Assembly (NCBI GenBank): GCA_944376205.1
Contig: CALWBV010000004.1
Coordinates: forward strand, 6,341-70,340
Length of the DNA stretch: 64,000 bases
DNA from: an uncultured Christensenellaceae bacterium
GTDB lineage: Bacteria > Bacillota > Clostridia > Christensenellales > UBA3700
Direction of reading: 5' to 3'
Within the stretch, counting starts at the first letter, position 1. Every line of letters begins with the position of its first letter. Under the pieces are notes generated by a model. That model did no database searches, had not been told where the DNA came from, and saw only the letters and a list, made by a program, of their open reading frames with translations. This document shows, in pieces, positions 32,952-43,464 of this stretch. The translations under genes and the position numbers were made by a program.

Positions 32952-35099
32952 ATGAAGAGGTTGTTTAATTACAGGATAATACCCCTCGTATTGTTGGGTA
33001 TTATTCTTGCAATATGCGTTGTAACGTATTTTGATTTCGCCATGAGAATGGCGTGCATTGCGGGAGCGCTTATTCTTCTTTTGTGCGCAATATTCATAAA
33101 GCAGATGAAAAAGGCAAGGGGCAAACTCATAGCGGTGCTTCTTGCTTTTTGCATTATGACGGGGATAACGGCGCTTGATTTCAAGACGATTGACGACAGG
33201 CAGATTTATGCACGCGACGCTGTTATCGAAGGAAGAATAGATATTGCAAGCGAGAGTAATCCCGAGGGAGTGTTGGAGTCGCAGGGCAGGACGGAGATTT
33301 ATCTTGAAGATATCACCGTAAACGGAGTCGAATATTCGGGCAGGGCTCAAACTGTATTCATAGACGGTTCGCTTTTGTACGGTCTTAAGGTCGGAGACAG
33401 AATAAAATTCCGAGGTGACGTTTCGCCTTTGACGCCGGACGTCGATGACACTTACAGCATAGCCGATTATACGGACGGAATCTATTATTACATTTATGCT
33501 GCATGTTTTGACGAGGGCGAAGACTTGCTTTTCGAGTGTACGGGAAACGATGCGACTGTTGCCGATAAAATAAAGCTTAAAGTAAAGTCGGTTTTGTATA
33601 AAAACGTCAAGAGCGAAACGGCAGGATTTCTCTATGCGATGACTTTCGGGGACAAAGCCCAGCTTACGTATGAAATCAAAGACTCGTTTTCTTATACGGG
33701 AACGGCGCATATATTTGCGGTATCGGGTCTTCATATAGGTATAATCGCAGGGGCGGCGATGCTTATCTTGCGAAGACTCAAAATCAAAAACGATATTGCC
33801 GTATTTTGTATAATATCCGCACTGTTGCTGCCTTTTTGCGCACTGTGCGAATTTTCTCCGTCTACGGTGCGGGCAACGCTTATGATACTTATTTCGCTTG
33901 CTGCGAAAATAGCCATGATGAGAAGCGACGCCATGACTAATTTTTCGGCTGCTGGGTGCATATTGCTTGTTGCAAATCCGTTGTTTTTGTTCGATTTGGG
34001 ATTTTTGATGAGTTTTGCTGCGGTTTTCGGACTGATAACGCTTTCCAAACCGTTGACGAGGATTTTTATGAAAATAAAAACTCCCAAACCGTTGGCGAAT
34101 GCACTGGGAGCGTCGCTGTCGGTAAATATGGCTTTGATGCCTGTTATGCTTGTATATTTCGGCGGTCAGTCGCTGTTGTTTATAATAGCCAATCTCATAG
34201 TAATACCCTGTATAAGTCTGATTTTTCCGATATATCTTTTTGCGGTATTTCTTACGGCAATCGTCAGTTTTACAGGCTTTTTGCTTACGCTTGCAGGCGC
34301 ACCGTTTACGGTGTTGATATACATAATAAAGCAAATAGGCGGGATAAGTTTTCTGTCGGTAGATTTTGATATAAGCAGAATTTTCATAGCGGTAAATTTT
34401 GTTGTAATGCTAGTGCTTTCCGAGTATGTTTTTATTCCTCAAAAAGCCAAGAAAATCACGGCGGGAGTTTTGTTTGCCGCAATTTGTACGGGTATGGTAT
34501 TCAATCTCAATCTTCGCTCTGCCGACGAAACGTATATTTTCGGATTTACGGACAAATCCGGTTGTCAGTTGATGATTATCGACGATAAGACAAGAGGGAG
34601 CTATCTCATTGTCAACGGACAGACGGACTATACCGCACCCGGACTCGTCACGGATATGATGAGGGAAAAACATATAAGTCAAATTGACGGCGTGTTTGTC
34701 GTGGGAGATTGCGACGAAGAAAGTTTGAGCGATATCATGTATGCGGCAAAGAGTACGTGCATATACAGTTTTTCGTTGACGGATTATATGTATAGCGGTT
34801 ACGAAACCGACACCGTCGAAACGGGAAAAGACTATATGCTCGGGTTTTATTACAAGGGCTTAATGGAAATAATCATAGACGGCATCGAAATAAAAGTATT
34901 GGCGGACGGATATACTCTTTCACAGGCGGATAACGAATACGATATACTCGTCTGTTACGACAATGTAGGCATGCTGGACGAAGGTAAGTATGCAGTATGT
35001 CAGGAAGGGTATGTAAATTCACTGCAAAATTATATGTCTTCTACGTTTACAATCAGGATAAAAGATGATAAAATAAAGGCAAACGGTTTTTGGAGTTAG
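32952..35099 (+). CDS. comEC: ComEC/Rec2-family DNA internalisation channel protein
   Basis: Polytopic. Contains the competence-domain motif GTAHIFAVSGLHIGII. Followed by holA, as in many Firmicutes. Confidence 0.85.
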   Translation: MKRLFNYRIIPLVLLGIILAICVVTYFDFAMRMACIAGALILLLCAIFIKQMKKARGKLIAVLLAFCIMTGITALDFKTIDDRQIYARDAVIEGRIDIASESNPEGVLESQGRTEIYLEDITVNGVEYSGRAQTVFIDGSLLYGLKVGDRIKFRGDVSPLTPDVDDTYSIADYTDGIYYYIYAACFDEGEDLLFECTGNDATVADKIKLKVKSVLYKNVKSETAGFLYAMTFGDKAQLTYEIKDSFSYTGTAHIFAVSGLHIGIIAGAAMLILRRLKIKNDIAVFCIISALLLPFCALCEFSPSTVRATLMILISLAAKIAMMRSDAMTNFSAAGCILLVANPLFLFDLGFLMSFAAVFGLITLSKPLTRIFMKIKTPKPLANALGASLSVNMALMPVMLVYFGGQSLLFIIANLIVIPCISLIFPIYLFAVFLTAIVSFTGFLLTLAGAPFTVLIYIIKQIGGISFLSVDFDISRIFIAVNFVVMLVLSEYVFIPQKAKKITAGVLFAAICTGMVFNLNLRSADETYIFGFTDKSGCQLMIIDDKTRGSYLIVNGQTDYTAPGLVTDMMREKHISQIDGVFVVGDCDEESLSDIMYAAKSTCIYSFSLTDYMYSGYETDTVETGKDYMLGFYYKGLMEIIIDGIEIKVLADGYTLSQADNEYDILVCYDNVGMLDEGKYAVCQEGYVNSLQNYMSSTFTIRIKDDKIKANGFWS

Positions 35100-35100
35100 T

Positions 35101-36096
35101 ATGCAGGCACTTCAGCTCAAGCGCTCGTTCAAGGAAAACATAGCGGACATTTATTCTCTCGTCGGAAGCGACGAGGGGCTTGTTACGTACGCTTTGTCGA
35201 AGTTTTACGAGCTTATTCCCGAGGACGAGAGAGATTTTTGCATACAGACTTTTGAAGGCAACGAAAGCACCGTTGACGATATAATAGACGCACTTGCGTA
35301 CGGAAGCATGTTCGGCGGCAGAAGGCTTGTCATTGTCCGAGACGTAAATTTCAAACTGACGGTAAACGACACGCAAAAATGGCTTGACTATATCGCAAAC
35401 AGAAACGAAGACAATATACTTATCCTAGTAAACAGTCCTGCAATAGCAAAGGTGCTTGAATCTTATACGGTTGTCGTGGATTGCAGTACTATGGATCTGC
35501 CTGCTTGCGTAAATTACATACAGACCTTGCTCAAGTTTTACAAAGTGGCTTACGATATACCCGTTGCGTCTGCGATTGCCAACTCGTGTAACAGGGATTT
35601 TGCGAGAATGAACGGCGAAATCGAAAAACTCATACTTTATTGCGGACAGGAGATAAAAGCGGATATACGTATCGTTGACGAACTTGTTCCGCAGGATACG
35701 GAGACTAAAGTTTACGAGTTTATATCCGCCATGCAGGAGAAAGATTACGACAAGGCTATGGGTATAATCGGAGTTATGCGTGCCAAAGGCGAAAAGCCTG
35801 CGGGATTGCTGGCGCTTATCACGGCAAGTTACAAGAACATATTTGCGCTCATGACCAACGGCAACGACGACGAACTCTACACCAAAACACTCAACTTGAA
35901 AAGCGGAGCGATATATTCGATAAGAAAAAGGATAGAGGAATCAAAACGCAAGATTCCGGGATATCTTTACAAAATAAAAAACGCTTTATACTATCTTTAC
36001 AGTCTGGAGTACGAATTCAAAAGCGGAAAAATTTCGCCCGAAAACGCTCTCGACAGTGCGATAGTGTATCTAATGGGAAAGACAAATGCAGTATAA
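35101..36096 (+). CDS. holA: DNA polymerase III subunit delta
   Basis: YSLVGSDEGLV..FGGRRLVIVRD is a typical HolA N-terminal pattern. 331 aa, conserved position after comEC. Confidence 0.75.
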   Translation: MQALQLKRSFKENIADIYSLVGSDEGLVTYALSKFYELIPEDERDFCIQTFEGNESTVDDIIDALAYGSMFGGRRLVIVRDVNFKLTVNDTQKWLDYIANRNEDNILILVNSPAIAKVLESYTVVVDCSTMDLPACVNYIQTLLKFYKVAYDIPVASAIANSCNRDFARMNGEIEKLILYCGQEIKADIRIVDELVPQDTETKVYEFISAMQEKDYDKAMGIIGVMRAKGEKPAGLLALITASYKNIFALMTNGNDDELYTKTLNLKSGAIYSIRKRIEESKRKIPGYLYKIKNALYYLYSLEYEFKSGKISPENALDSAIVYLMGKTNAV

Positions 36097-36721
36097 TCAG
36101 AATCCAAACGTTTACTATATCCGTCCCAAGACTCCCAAGCTCAAAAACGACGCTTTGACGATAATTCTCAAAATCGTTTTGTTGGGCGGTATCTTCTTTT
36201 CGCTGATATTTACGGATATATTTTCTTTTAATTCAGTATTTCTTTACAAGATCAGCACGTCCACGTCAGACTATTTTTCTCAATTGACGGGCGGTGCCAA
36301 TATGCTCGACACGATGAACATGTTTGACGGAGGTATGCTTGTAGCGACTTACAAGGTGATAATGCCTCTCATAATGACGGCGATATTTTTCGGGCTTTAC
36401 ATTCTTTATGCAAAGATGTTTGCATATCTTCTCTTCAACCAGTTTCTCGTGCTGGGAGCGGAATTCGATATCAAGAAATTCAGAGTATGTCTTGACGGCA
36501 GTTTTATATTCCTTACGTTTGCAATAGGGTTCGGCGACTTGATGTTTTCGCTTTTCCCTACGGCTTATACGGTAGGTAAGATTCTCGTCAATATCTTTGC
36601 GGCAATCATTGCACTTACAATATTCTTTTTCAGTTATACACGCAAGATGGATAAAAAGTATTATCCTATCGTTTTGCATATAATGATGATACCGGCAATA
36701 AGTTTGCTGTTGTTTGTGTGA
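36086..36721 (+). CDS. Membrane protein (hypothetical)
   Basis: Five to six hydrophobic helices. Overlaps the holA stop by 11 nt. Confidence 0.6.
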   Translation: MQYNQNPNVYYIRPKTPKLKNDALTIILKIVLLGGIFFSLIFTDIFSFNSVFLYKISTSTSDYFSQLTGGANMLDTMNMFDGGMLVATYKVIMPLIMTAIFFGLYILYAKMFAYLLFNQFLVLGAEFDIKKFRVCLDGSFIFLTFAIGFGDLMFSLFPTAYTVGKILVNIFAAIIALTIFFFSYTRKMDKKYYPIVLHIMMIPAISLLLFV

Positions 36722-36728
36722 GGTGCTT

Positions 36729-38132
36729 ATGACGGTAAACAGAGTAATGAAAAGAACGGTTGCAACCATTGTGGCGATACTCGTTATAGCCGCTGTATTG
36801 ACGGTTTCGTTTTCGGCGTGTCAGACTCCTCAAAAGAACTTTGAAATCACCGACGTAAGCGGTGAATACGGTGCAAAAGTCTATGATTATATGAATGTGC
36901 TTGCTACGGATTATGCGGCGAGAACCATGGCTACCGAAGGCGAAAGAAAAGCCGCAGAATATATATCGTCTCTTATGCAGGGCTGGGGATATACGAGCGA
37001 TTACAGTTATGAAGGCATAACGGGACTCGACGGTTTCAAACTCGGCTTCACAAGATATGACGGCAGCAGCGTCAAAGATCAGTATGCTTACAACGTTATA
37101 TTCGAAAAGAAGGCTTCTGAGGAGCAGTCTTTAGGACGTATTCTTCTCGTAGGTCAATACGACAATCTCTATTCGGAAACCGACGGCGAAAACGAATGGC
37201 AGGCAGACGGCAGTTATGAGAGCGGCGGAGCAATAGCAGTCATGCTTACTCTTGCAGAAGCATTCAAAGATGCGGATTTGGATTACGACGTCACTTTTGC
37301 GTTTTTCACGGGCGGAAGTTACACATGGATGGGCGCTAAACATTTTGTAGACAATCAGAAACGTGCAGACTTTGACGACATGAGACTCGTGATAAATTTC
37401 TCCATGTTGTTCGGCGGCGATAATCTCTATCTTTATACGGGCGAAAAAGAGACGAGTTACGGCAATTTGCTTACTCAGGCAGGCAAAGGTTTGACTGATA
37501 TTCCCCTTGACAAGAACATTACCTTTGCCACGCTCGAAAGCGATGCGATATTCAACTACGTTCATATAGGAATGCTCGGTAACAACTATTATTTTATCAA
37601 TAAAGGAATTCCTACAGCCAATTTCCTTTCGCTCAATTGGTCTAAAAAAGACAACCCTATGATGACGGAGATGGCCGGCAAGACAAACATCTACCATACA
37701 AAGGACGATACCTTTGCAAATCTTGTTTCGAGAAAGGGCGAACAGGGAATAAAAGACATGGCAAACAACGTCGTGAATTCCACGCTCACGGTATTGGACG
37801 CAGGCAACGCCGAAGTATTGCAGAGTGCGCTTGCCAAGGCTTCTGACGAGGGAGTAAACCAAACGGCGCAAAGTGCAAAGACGTCGTCGCTTCTCAATAT
37901 AATTCTTAAGATAGTGCTTATAGCGGCGGTATTTGCGGCGGCAAGTGCGATAAAGCGTTATGTGCAGAAGCACAAGGACAGATATATCGTTGAGAGTGCA
38001 CCCGAAGAAGAACACACTCCCGAGCCTTTCAGCGACGAATTCAATCAAAGCCATAATAAAGAAGTCAATAAGGATAATTCGGTCGGCGGAGTAAAAGAAG
38101 ACGACGATTTTAAGGACGATCCTTTTATCTGA
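36729..38132 (+). CDS. M28-like peptidase-fold lipoprotein with C-terminal membrane anchor
   Basis: Lipobox VSFSAC. GERKAAEYISSLMQGWGY and SGGAIAVMLTLAEAF resemble M28 aminopeptidases, but I could not confirm the metal ligands. I prefer the ATG at 36729 after gaggtg. Confidence 0.55.
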   Translation: MTVNRVMKRTVATIVAILVIAAVLTVSFSACQTPQKNFEITDVSGEYGAKVYDYMNVLATDYAARTMATEGERKAAEYISSLMQGWGYTSDYSYEGITGLDGFKLGFTRYDGSSVKDQYAYNVIFEKKASEEQSLGRILLVGQYDNLYSETDGENEWQADGSYESGGAIAVMLTLAEAFKDADLDYDVTFAFFTGGSYTWMGAKHFVDNQKRADFDDMRLVINFSMLFGGDNLYLYTGEKETSYGNLLTQAGKGLTDIPLDKNITFATLESDAIFNYVHIGMLGNNYYFINKGIPTANFLSLNWSKKDNPMMTEMAGKTNIYHTKDDTFANLVSRKGEQGIKDMANNVVNSTLTVLDAGNAEVLQSALAKASDEGVNQTAQSAKTSSLLNIILKIVLIAAVFAAASAIKRYVQKHKDRYIVESAPEEEHTPEPFSDEFNQSHNKEVNKDNSVGGVKEDDDFKDDPFI

Positions 38133-38383
38133 TAAGTCGATATGAAACCGACGGGCGGCGATAAGCGCAAGTGATTTTCAAAGACAAAAACACAGCGTTG
38201 TTTTACAGCGGCAAAAGGCTGTCTGGCATCGGGCGCATACAGATGAATTTCAGTCAAAGGCAATGTCTGTTTATCGAAAAACGGATTTGCAAAAACACTT
38301 AAGCACAAATATGCGTCAAAACACTTTATTTTTTGTGCAAAATATAATATTATAAAAGCAGGAAAAGAAACAGGGAGGGCGGT

Positions 38384-39208
38384 ATGGACTCGATAGCTTG
38401 GGTACTCGTGGATATAGTCGTGGCACTTGTCGTTGCGATAGCCACGCTTACGTTTTTTGCGAGACGAAACAGCTACAGAATAGCGGTATTTACGGCTATT
38501 TATATGATAGTCTATATTGCCGTACTCATACTCAATCACAAGTCGGGCGGAACGATAGCTTTCGTAGCCCTCGAACTGATGAGATTCGTTACGATATTCT
38601 GGATAGTCACTACGGTTACCGTTTACCGTTCGGACCTCAAAATCTTCATGAGCAAGATTGCGAGAAAACAAAAAGTCAAATTCGGCACATACGGCGCTTA
38701 CAATACTACGGACGAGCAGCTGCTTATCGCTGCGACGGAGATAGTCAAGGCTTGTCAGAACATGGCAAAAAACGACGTCGGCGCACTCATTATCATAGCG
38801 CCTACGGAGATACCTCCTCACATACTCGATACGGGTACTACAATGGACGCTACCATATCCAGCGGACTTTTGGAGAGTATTTTCAGTACAAAGGGACCTC
38901 TGCACGACGGCGCAGTAGTCGTACTCGGCGACAGAATAATATCCGCAGGATGTTTTCTCCCCCTTTCGCAGGAAGTTACGCTTGCGAAGGATCTCGGCAC
39001 GAGACACAGAGCCGCAATAGGAATTACTGAAGAAAGCGACGTGTTTGCGATTGTTGTCAGCGAGGAGACGGGCATTATAAGCGTAGTGCAGTCGGGTACG
39101 ATAAAAAGGTATATGACTCCCGAAAAACTTCTTGAGGAAATAAAAGTTATCTACCGCATAAGTTTCCAGCCCGCAAAGAAAAAGAAAAAGAAGAAAAAAC
39201 TCATCTGA
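38384..39208 (+). CDS. cdaA: Diadenylate cyclase CdaA (c-di-AMP synthase)
   Basis: Three N-terminal TM helices followed by a DAC domain: GALIIIA.., HDGAVVV, LGTRHRAAIGITEESDVFAIVVSEETG. Ends in a poly-Lys tail (PAKKKKKKKKLI). Confidence 0.9.
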   Translation: MDSIAWVLVDIVVALVVAIATLTFFARRNSYRIAVFTAIYMIVYIAVLILNHKSGGTIAFVALELMRFVTIFWIVTTVTVYRSDLKIFMSKIARKQKVKFGTYGAYNTTDEQLLIAATEIVKACQNMAKNDVGALIIIAPTEIPPHILDTGTTMDATISSGLLESIFSTKGPLHDGAVVVLGDRIISAGCFLPLSQEVTLAKDLGTRHRAAIGITEESDVFAIVVSEETGIISVVQSGTIKRYMTPEKLLEEIKVIYRISFQPAKKKKKKKKLI

Positions 39209-39302
39209 TGCAAACCGACACAAAAATGTCAAACGCAAAAGTTTGGCATTTTTTATAGCACGGGTATATTTACCGAAGTTAAATTAAATCAAGGAAGGTA
39301 TT

Positions 39303-40544
39303 ATGAACACAGTCAGAATTCCCAAAATACTCTTGCCCAAAAAGAATATAGACAAAAGCAAATGGAGCGTAATAGCGTGCGATCAGTTTACGTCGCAGGC
39401 AGATTATTGGGAGGAGGTCGAACGTTTTGTGGGAGACAGTCCGTCCACGCTCAATCTTATCTATCCCGAGGTATATCTCGAGAGAGAGGATAAAGAAAAG
39501 AGAATTGCGGCTATCAACGCAAATATGTCCAAGTATCTCAAAAAGTGTATGTTCGAGGAATTCGAGGGATTTATACTCGTGGACAGAACCATGAACGACT
39601 CAAGACACAGACTCGGACTCATGATATCCGTCGATCTCGAGGATTACGAATATACGCAAAAAAACGATGCGCTCATCAAAGCCACCGAAAAGACCGTCGT
39701 CGACAGACTTCCTCCGAGAATAGAGATTCGCAAGGGCGCTTGTCTGGAGCTTCCTCACATAATGATGCTCATGGACGACAGAACGCAGAGAATAATCGAA
39801 AAACTTTACGAGAGCAGAGATTTTCTCGAAAAGGCTTATGATTTCGAACTCAATATGAACGGCGGCAGAGTGCAGGGATATAAGGTCACCAATTGCAATC
39901 AGATACTTGAAGATATAGCTTCGCTTCTCGACGAAGATACTCTTATAGAAAAATACGGTTCGTCAAAGCCTATACTTTTTGCGGTAGGAGACGGCAACCA
40001 TTCTCTTGCTACGGCAAAGGAATGCTGGAAAAACATCAAAAAGACTCTTACTCCCAAACAACGTGAAAATCATCCCGCAAGATATGCTTTATGCGAACTT
40101 GTCAACTTGCACGACAAATCGTTGGACTTTGAACCTATACACAGAGTTGTCTTCGGGGCAGGTAAGGAGTTTATTGACTTTATGCATGACAGACTTGCTG
40201 CGCTTGACGGTAAACAACAGGTCAAAGTCGTATTCGAACAGACTATATATTATTGGAACGTTTCCGACAATCCCAGCGACGCAATTGCGGATATTCAATC
40301 TCTTATGGACGAATATGCGCTTACTCATAAAGATATGGTGATTGATTACATACACGGCGACGAACATCTTCTCAAAGTTGCAGACGATAATCACGGAATT
40401 GCCGTATTTATGCCAAAATTGGAAAAAGACGGATTGTTCGATTATGTCGTGCGACGCGGAGCATTGCCGAGAAAATCTTTCTCTATGGGACACGCCGAGG
40501 ACAAGAGATATTATCTCGAATGCCGCAAGATAATAAAAGATTAA
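39303..40544 (+). CDS. DUF1015-family protein
   Basis: The N-terminus KWSVIACDQFTSQ..YW and the later AVGDGNHSLATAK match my memory of DUF1015. Confidence 0.7.
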   Translation: MNTVRIPKILLPKKNIDKSKWSVIACDQFTSQADYWEEVERFVGDSPSTLNLIYPEVYLEREDKEKRIAAINANMSKYLKKCMFEEFEGFILVDRTMNDSRHRLGLMISVDLEDYEYTQKNDALIKATEKTVVDRLPPRIEIRKGACLELPHIMMLMDDRTQRIIEKLYESRDFLEKAYDFELNMNGGRVQGYKVTNCNQILEDIASLLDEDTLIEKYGSSKPILFAVGDGNHSLATAKECWKNIKKTLTPKQRENHPARYALCELVNLHDKSLDFEPIHRVVFGAGKEFIDFMHDRLAALDGKQQVKVVFEQTIYYWNVSDNPSDAIADIQSLMDEYALTHKDMVIDYIHGDEHLLKVADDNHGIAVFMPKLEKDGLFDYVVRRGALPRKSFSMGHAEDKRYYLECRKIIKD

Positions 40545-40552
40545 ACGCAATA

Positions 40553-40588
40553 AAACCGCCCTTGCTAATGCAAAAAGGCGGTTTATTT
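40553..40588 (+). terminator. Rho-independent terminator
   Basis: aaaccgcc-(16 nt)-ggcggttt followed by a T-rich stretch. Confidence 0.65.
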
Positions 40589-40683
40589 ACAATAAAAAGT
40601 GATTTTGTCAATTGATTTTGCTTGCCAAACGGCAAGTTGCATTGTAAAATATTGAGTATAAACAAAATAAAAGGAAGTACATT

Positions 40684-42003
40684 ATGTCAGTTACCGTAGT
40701 GAAATTCGGCGGCACTTCAATGGCAGACGCAAAGTCTATCAATCAGGTTGCCGAAATAGTAAGACAAGACAAAAAACGCAGATACGTGGTCGTATCGGCT
40801 CCCGGCAAACGTTTTTCGCAGGATCACAAGATTACGGATATGCTTTACGCTTGCTATCACGATTTGCAGATCAACGGAGAATGCAAAGCTACTTTCGAGA
40901 AGATAAGAGAAAGATTTAAGGGTATAGTCGAAGACCTTGCGCTTGACCTTGACATAGACGCTTATCTCGATCAGGTCGAAAGCGACATGCTCAAATACCA
41001 TTCTGCAGAATTTTGCGCTTCGAGAGGCGAATATCTTTCGGCTATCATCACGGCGGCTAAACTCGGCTACACTTTTGTCGATGCAAAAGAAATAATGGTA
41101 TTCAACGAGAACGGAGATTTCGAACCCGAGATTACCAACGAAAAGGTCAAGAGTGTACTTTCAAAAATCGATAAAGCGGTTATCCCCGGTTTCTACGGCG
41201 GTGACGAAACAGGACTCGTACATACTTTCAGCAGAGGCGGAAGCGATGTATCCGGTGCCGTTATTGCACGTGCAGTAGGCGCAGCGCTTTACGAAAACTG
41301 GACGGATGTCAACGGCTTTATGACGGCAGACCCCCGTATCGTAAGTAATCCTAAACCTATCGAAAAGCTTTCTTACAGAGAACTTCGCGAGCTTGCTTAT
41401 ATGGGTGCCAACGTACTTCACCCCGAATCTATCTTTCCTGTAAGAGTAGGTAATATTCCTATCAATATCCGCAATACTTTCTGTCCCGAGGCAAAGGGTA
41501 CTATGATAGTTCCCGAACTCGAAGAAAAGGATATGGCAAACAGAGTTATCACGGGTATTGCCGGTAAGAAAGGTTACAGCATCGTTTATATCGAAAAGTC
41601 GATGATGAACAGTGAACTCGGCTTTGTTCGCAAGGTGCTTGCCGTACTCGAATATTACAATATATCTTTCGAACATCTTCCTACGGGAATCGATACGATG
41701 AGTATCGTAATTGCCGACAGCGAACTTGCAGGCAAAGAGGACGTCGTTATCGAGAGAATAAAGAAAGTCGTCAACCCCGATCACATCGAGATAAAGAGCA
41801 ACATCTCTCTTATCGCTACCGTAGGTCACGGTATGTCATACAAGCCCGGCACGGCTTCTGTGTTGTGCGGTGCGCTTGCAAAGGAGAATATCAACATTCG
41901 CATGATCGATCAGGGTTCGAGCGAAATGAACATTATCGTAGGTATTTCTACCAGCGATTACGAAAAAGCTATCAATGCCATCTACAACGCTTTTCAGAAA
42001 TAA
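40684..42003 (+). CDS. Aspartate kinase
   Basis: VVKFGGTSMAD, VVVSAPGK, SRGGSDVSGA and C-terminal ACT-like repeats. Confidence 0.9.
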   Translation: MSVTVVKFGGTSMADAKSINQVAEIVRQDKKRRYVVVSAPGKRFSQDHKITDMLYACYHDLQINGECKATFEKIRERFKGIVEDLALDLDIDAYLDQVESDMLKYHSAEFCASRGEYLSAIITAAKLGYTFVDAKEIMVFNENGDFEPEITNEKVKSVLSKIDKAVIPGFYGGDETGLVHTFSRGGSDVSGAVIARAVGAALYENWTDVNGFMTADPRIVSNPKPIEKLSYRELRELAYMGANVLHPESIFPVRVGNIPINIRNTFCPEAKGTMIVPELEEKDMANRVITGIAGKKGYSIVYIEKSMMNSELGFVRKVLAVLEYYNISFEHLPTGIDTMSIVIADSELAGKEDVVIERIKKVVNPDHIEIKSNISLIATVGHGMSYKPGTASVLCGALAKENINIRMIDQGSSEMNIIVGISTSDYEKAINAIYNAFQK

Positions 42004-42050
42004 TCGCATACAAAATCAGATTTTCAAATAAAAGATACAATACGAATACA

Positions 42051-42080
42051 AAAACCGCCTTTTGATAAAGGCGGTTTTTC
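42051..42080. terminator. Bidirectional terminator
   Basis: aaaaccgcc-ttttgataa-ggcggtttt. Confidence 0.8.
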
Positions 42081-42095
42081 TTATGTCGTCATTAA

Positions 42096-42680
42096 TCATT
42101 CAGTCGTGTTTTCACTTGCGGAACTTATAAAAAAACGTGCGCTGTTGGCGTATTGTTTATGTATCAGTTCCGCCATTTGATGCGGTGTTTCTTTGCAGTC
42201 TTTTTCCAGCCACCTTGCACACATCGCTTTTAGTCCCGCTCCGAAAAATATCAACTGATAATCGAGTTCGCTTTCGTTGTAATAAAACTGTTTGTCTTTT
42301 GCAAGATTGAGCATAGGAACTCTGAATTTTTTATACATGTCCCTTTCGACAAAGCTTTCTGCGTTGAACTTCAAATATGCTTTATAAAATGCCTTGTTTT
42401 TCTTTATGAATTCAAACAGCTCTTCAAAAGCGTCGAGCTTGAAGTTGTCTTTTGTCTTAAGAATTTCGCTCATATCTTTAGACAATGCCTGTTCGGTGCG
42501 TATAAGTAAATCGTTTATGTCTGTGTAGTGCGAATAAAACGAGCTTCTGTTGATGTCGGCTTCGGAGCAAATATCTTTGACGGAAATACCGTCAAAACTC
42601 TTGAAGCGCAACAGCTTAAAAAGAGCGTTTCTTATTTTTTCGTCGGTAGATGCGTATCTGATATTATTGGCGATATTCAT
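42096..42680 (-). CDS. TetR/AcrR-family transcriptional regulator
   Basis: The N-terminal HTH FDGISVKDICSEADINRSSFYSHYTDINDL is the TetR_N pattern. Confidence 0.85.
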   Translation of the reverse strand: MNIANNIRYASTDEKIRNALFKLLRFKSFDGISVKDICSEADINRSSFYSHYTDINDLLIRTEQALSKDMSEILKTKDNFKLDAFEELFEFIKKNKAFYKAYLKFNAESFVERDMYKKFRVPMLNLAKDKQFYYNESELDYQLIFFGAGLKAMCARWLEKDCKETPHQMAELIHKQYANSARFFISSASENTTE

Positions 42681-42828
42681 AAAAAACTCCTTTATCGCAA
42701 CGTTTTGAAGCCTTTTGTCGGCTTCAGTCGCACTACGATTATACTATAATTTGAGTGAGGATACAAGAGGTGTATTAAAAAAACACGTGTCCCGTTAATA
42801 AATTTTACATTAAAAGGAGAACAAAACT

Positions 42829-43356
42829 ATGGCACAGACAAACGAACAGGTAATCACATACGATTACAAAACTATCAAAGTAAAGAGAGATATGGAAAAC
42901 GTGGTATGCGACAGCTATCAGGTATTGGGATGGGAGTTGACTTCCACAAGCGTTGCAGAGGGTGCGCCTACATGCGTAAATCTTGCATTCAGACGAAACA
43001 GAAAGATTGAGAATAAGGCTCAACTTCTCAAAATGCAGGAAAGAATAGACAATTCGATTTCTAATATCGAATTGTTGCAAAAAAGCAAAAAAAGCGCAGG
43101 TTGGGCGCAGGGTATTACTCTCGGCATAATAGGAACGCTTGTTATGGGCGGCGGCATGAGTCTTGTGATGACATTGGGCGGCAGCGTGGGAATATCGTTG
43201 GGAATTATACTCGGCGTTGCAGGAATAGGCATTATCATATTGAGTCATTTCTTGCGTAAATATCTCCACAGAAAGACATCGCTCAAACTCAATCCGATTA
43301 TCGATACCGAATTCGATAAACTTGCAGAACATTGCGAAAAATGCGCAGAATGCTAA
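42829..43356 (+). CDS. Small membrane protein (hypothetical), divergent from TetR
   Basis: Soluble N-terminal domain (YDYKTIKV..YQVLGWEL) followed by two Gly-rich TM helices. SD aaaaggag. Confidence 0.65.
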   Translation: MAQTNEQVITYDYKTIKVKRDMENVVCDSYQVLGWELTSTSVAEGAPTCVNLAFRRNRKIENKAQLLKMQERIDNSISNIELLQKSKKSAGWAQGITLGIIGTLVMGGGMSLVMTLGGSVGISLGIILGVAGIGIIILSHFLRKYLHRKTSLKLNPIIDTEFDKLAEHCEKCAEC

Positions 43357-43464
43357 AAGAAAAAACTCGGGCTTTATGCAATCGTATAAGGCTCGGGTAA
43401 ACGTGTGTTGCGAAGAAAAAAGCATGCAATATTTGATAAAAACGTGGTAATTCAAAGGTGAAAC

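Noticed and set aside
32841-34334. 497-aa minus-strand ORF opposite comEC
   Set aside because: It is a shadow ORF (K/R/Y/C-rich nonsense-like sequence), and comEC motifs on the plus strand are clear.
37131-38054. 307-aa minus-strand ORF opposite the M28-like gene
   Set aside because: It is a shadow ORF. The plus-strand product has a lipobox and peptidase-like motifs.
38045-39238. 397-aa minus-strand ORF and 210-aa alternate plus-frame ORF over cdaA
   Set aside because: The DAC-domain motifs identify the 38384 frame as real, and the others have implausible composition.
40545-40683. Looked for a lysine (L-box) riboswitch or T-box upstream of aspartate kinase, and also upstream of ddh at 3750-3974
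   Set aside because: The leaders are short (~100-130 nt after the terminator) and lack the conserved L-box or T-box sequence blocks I remember.
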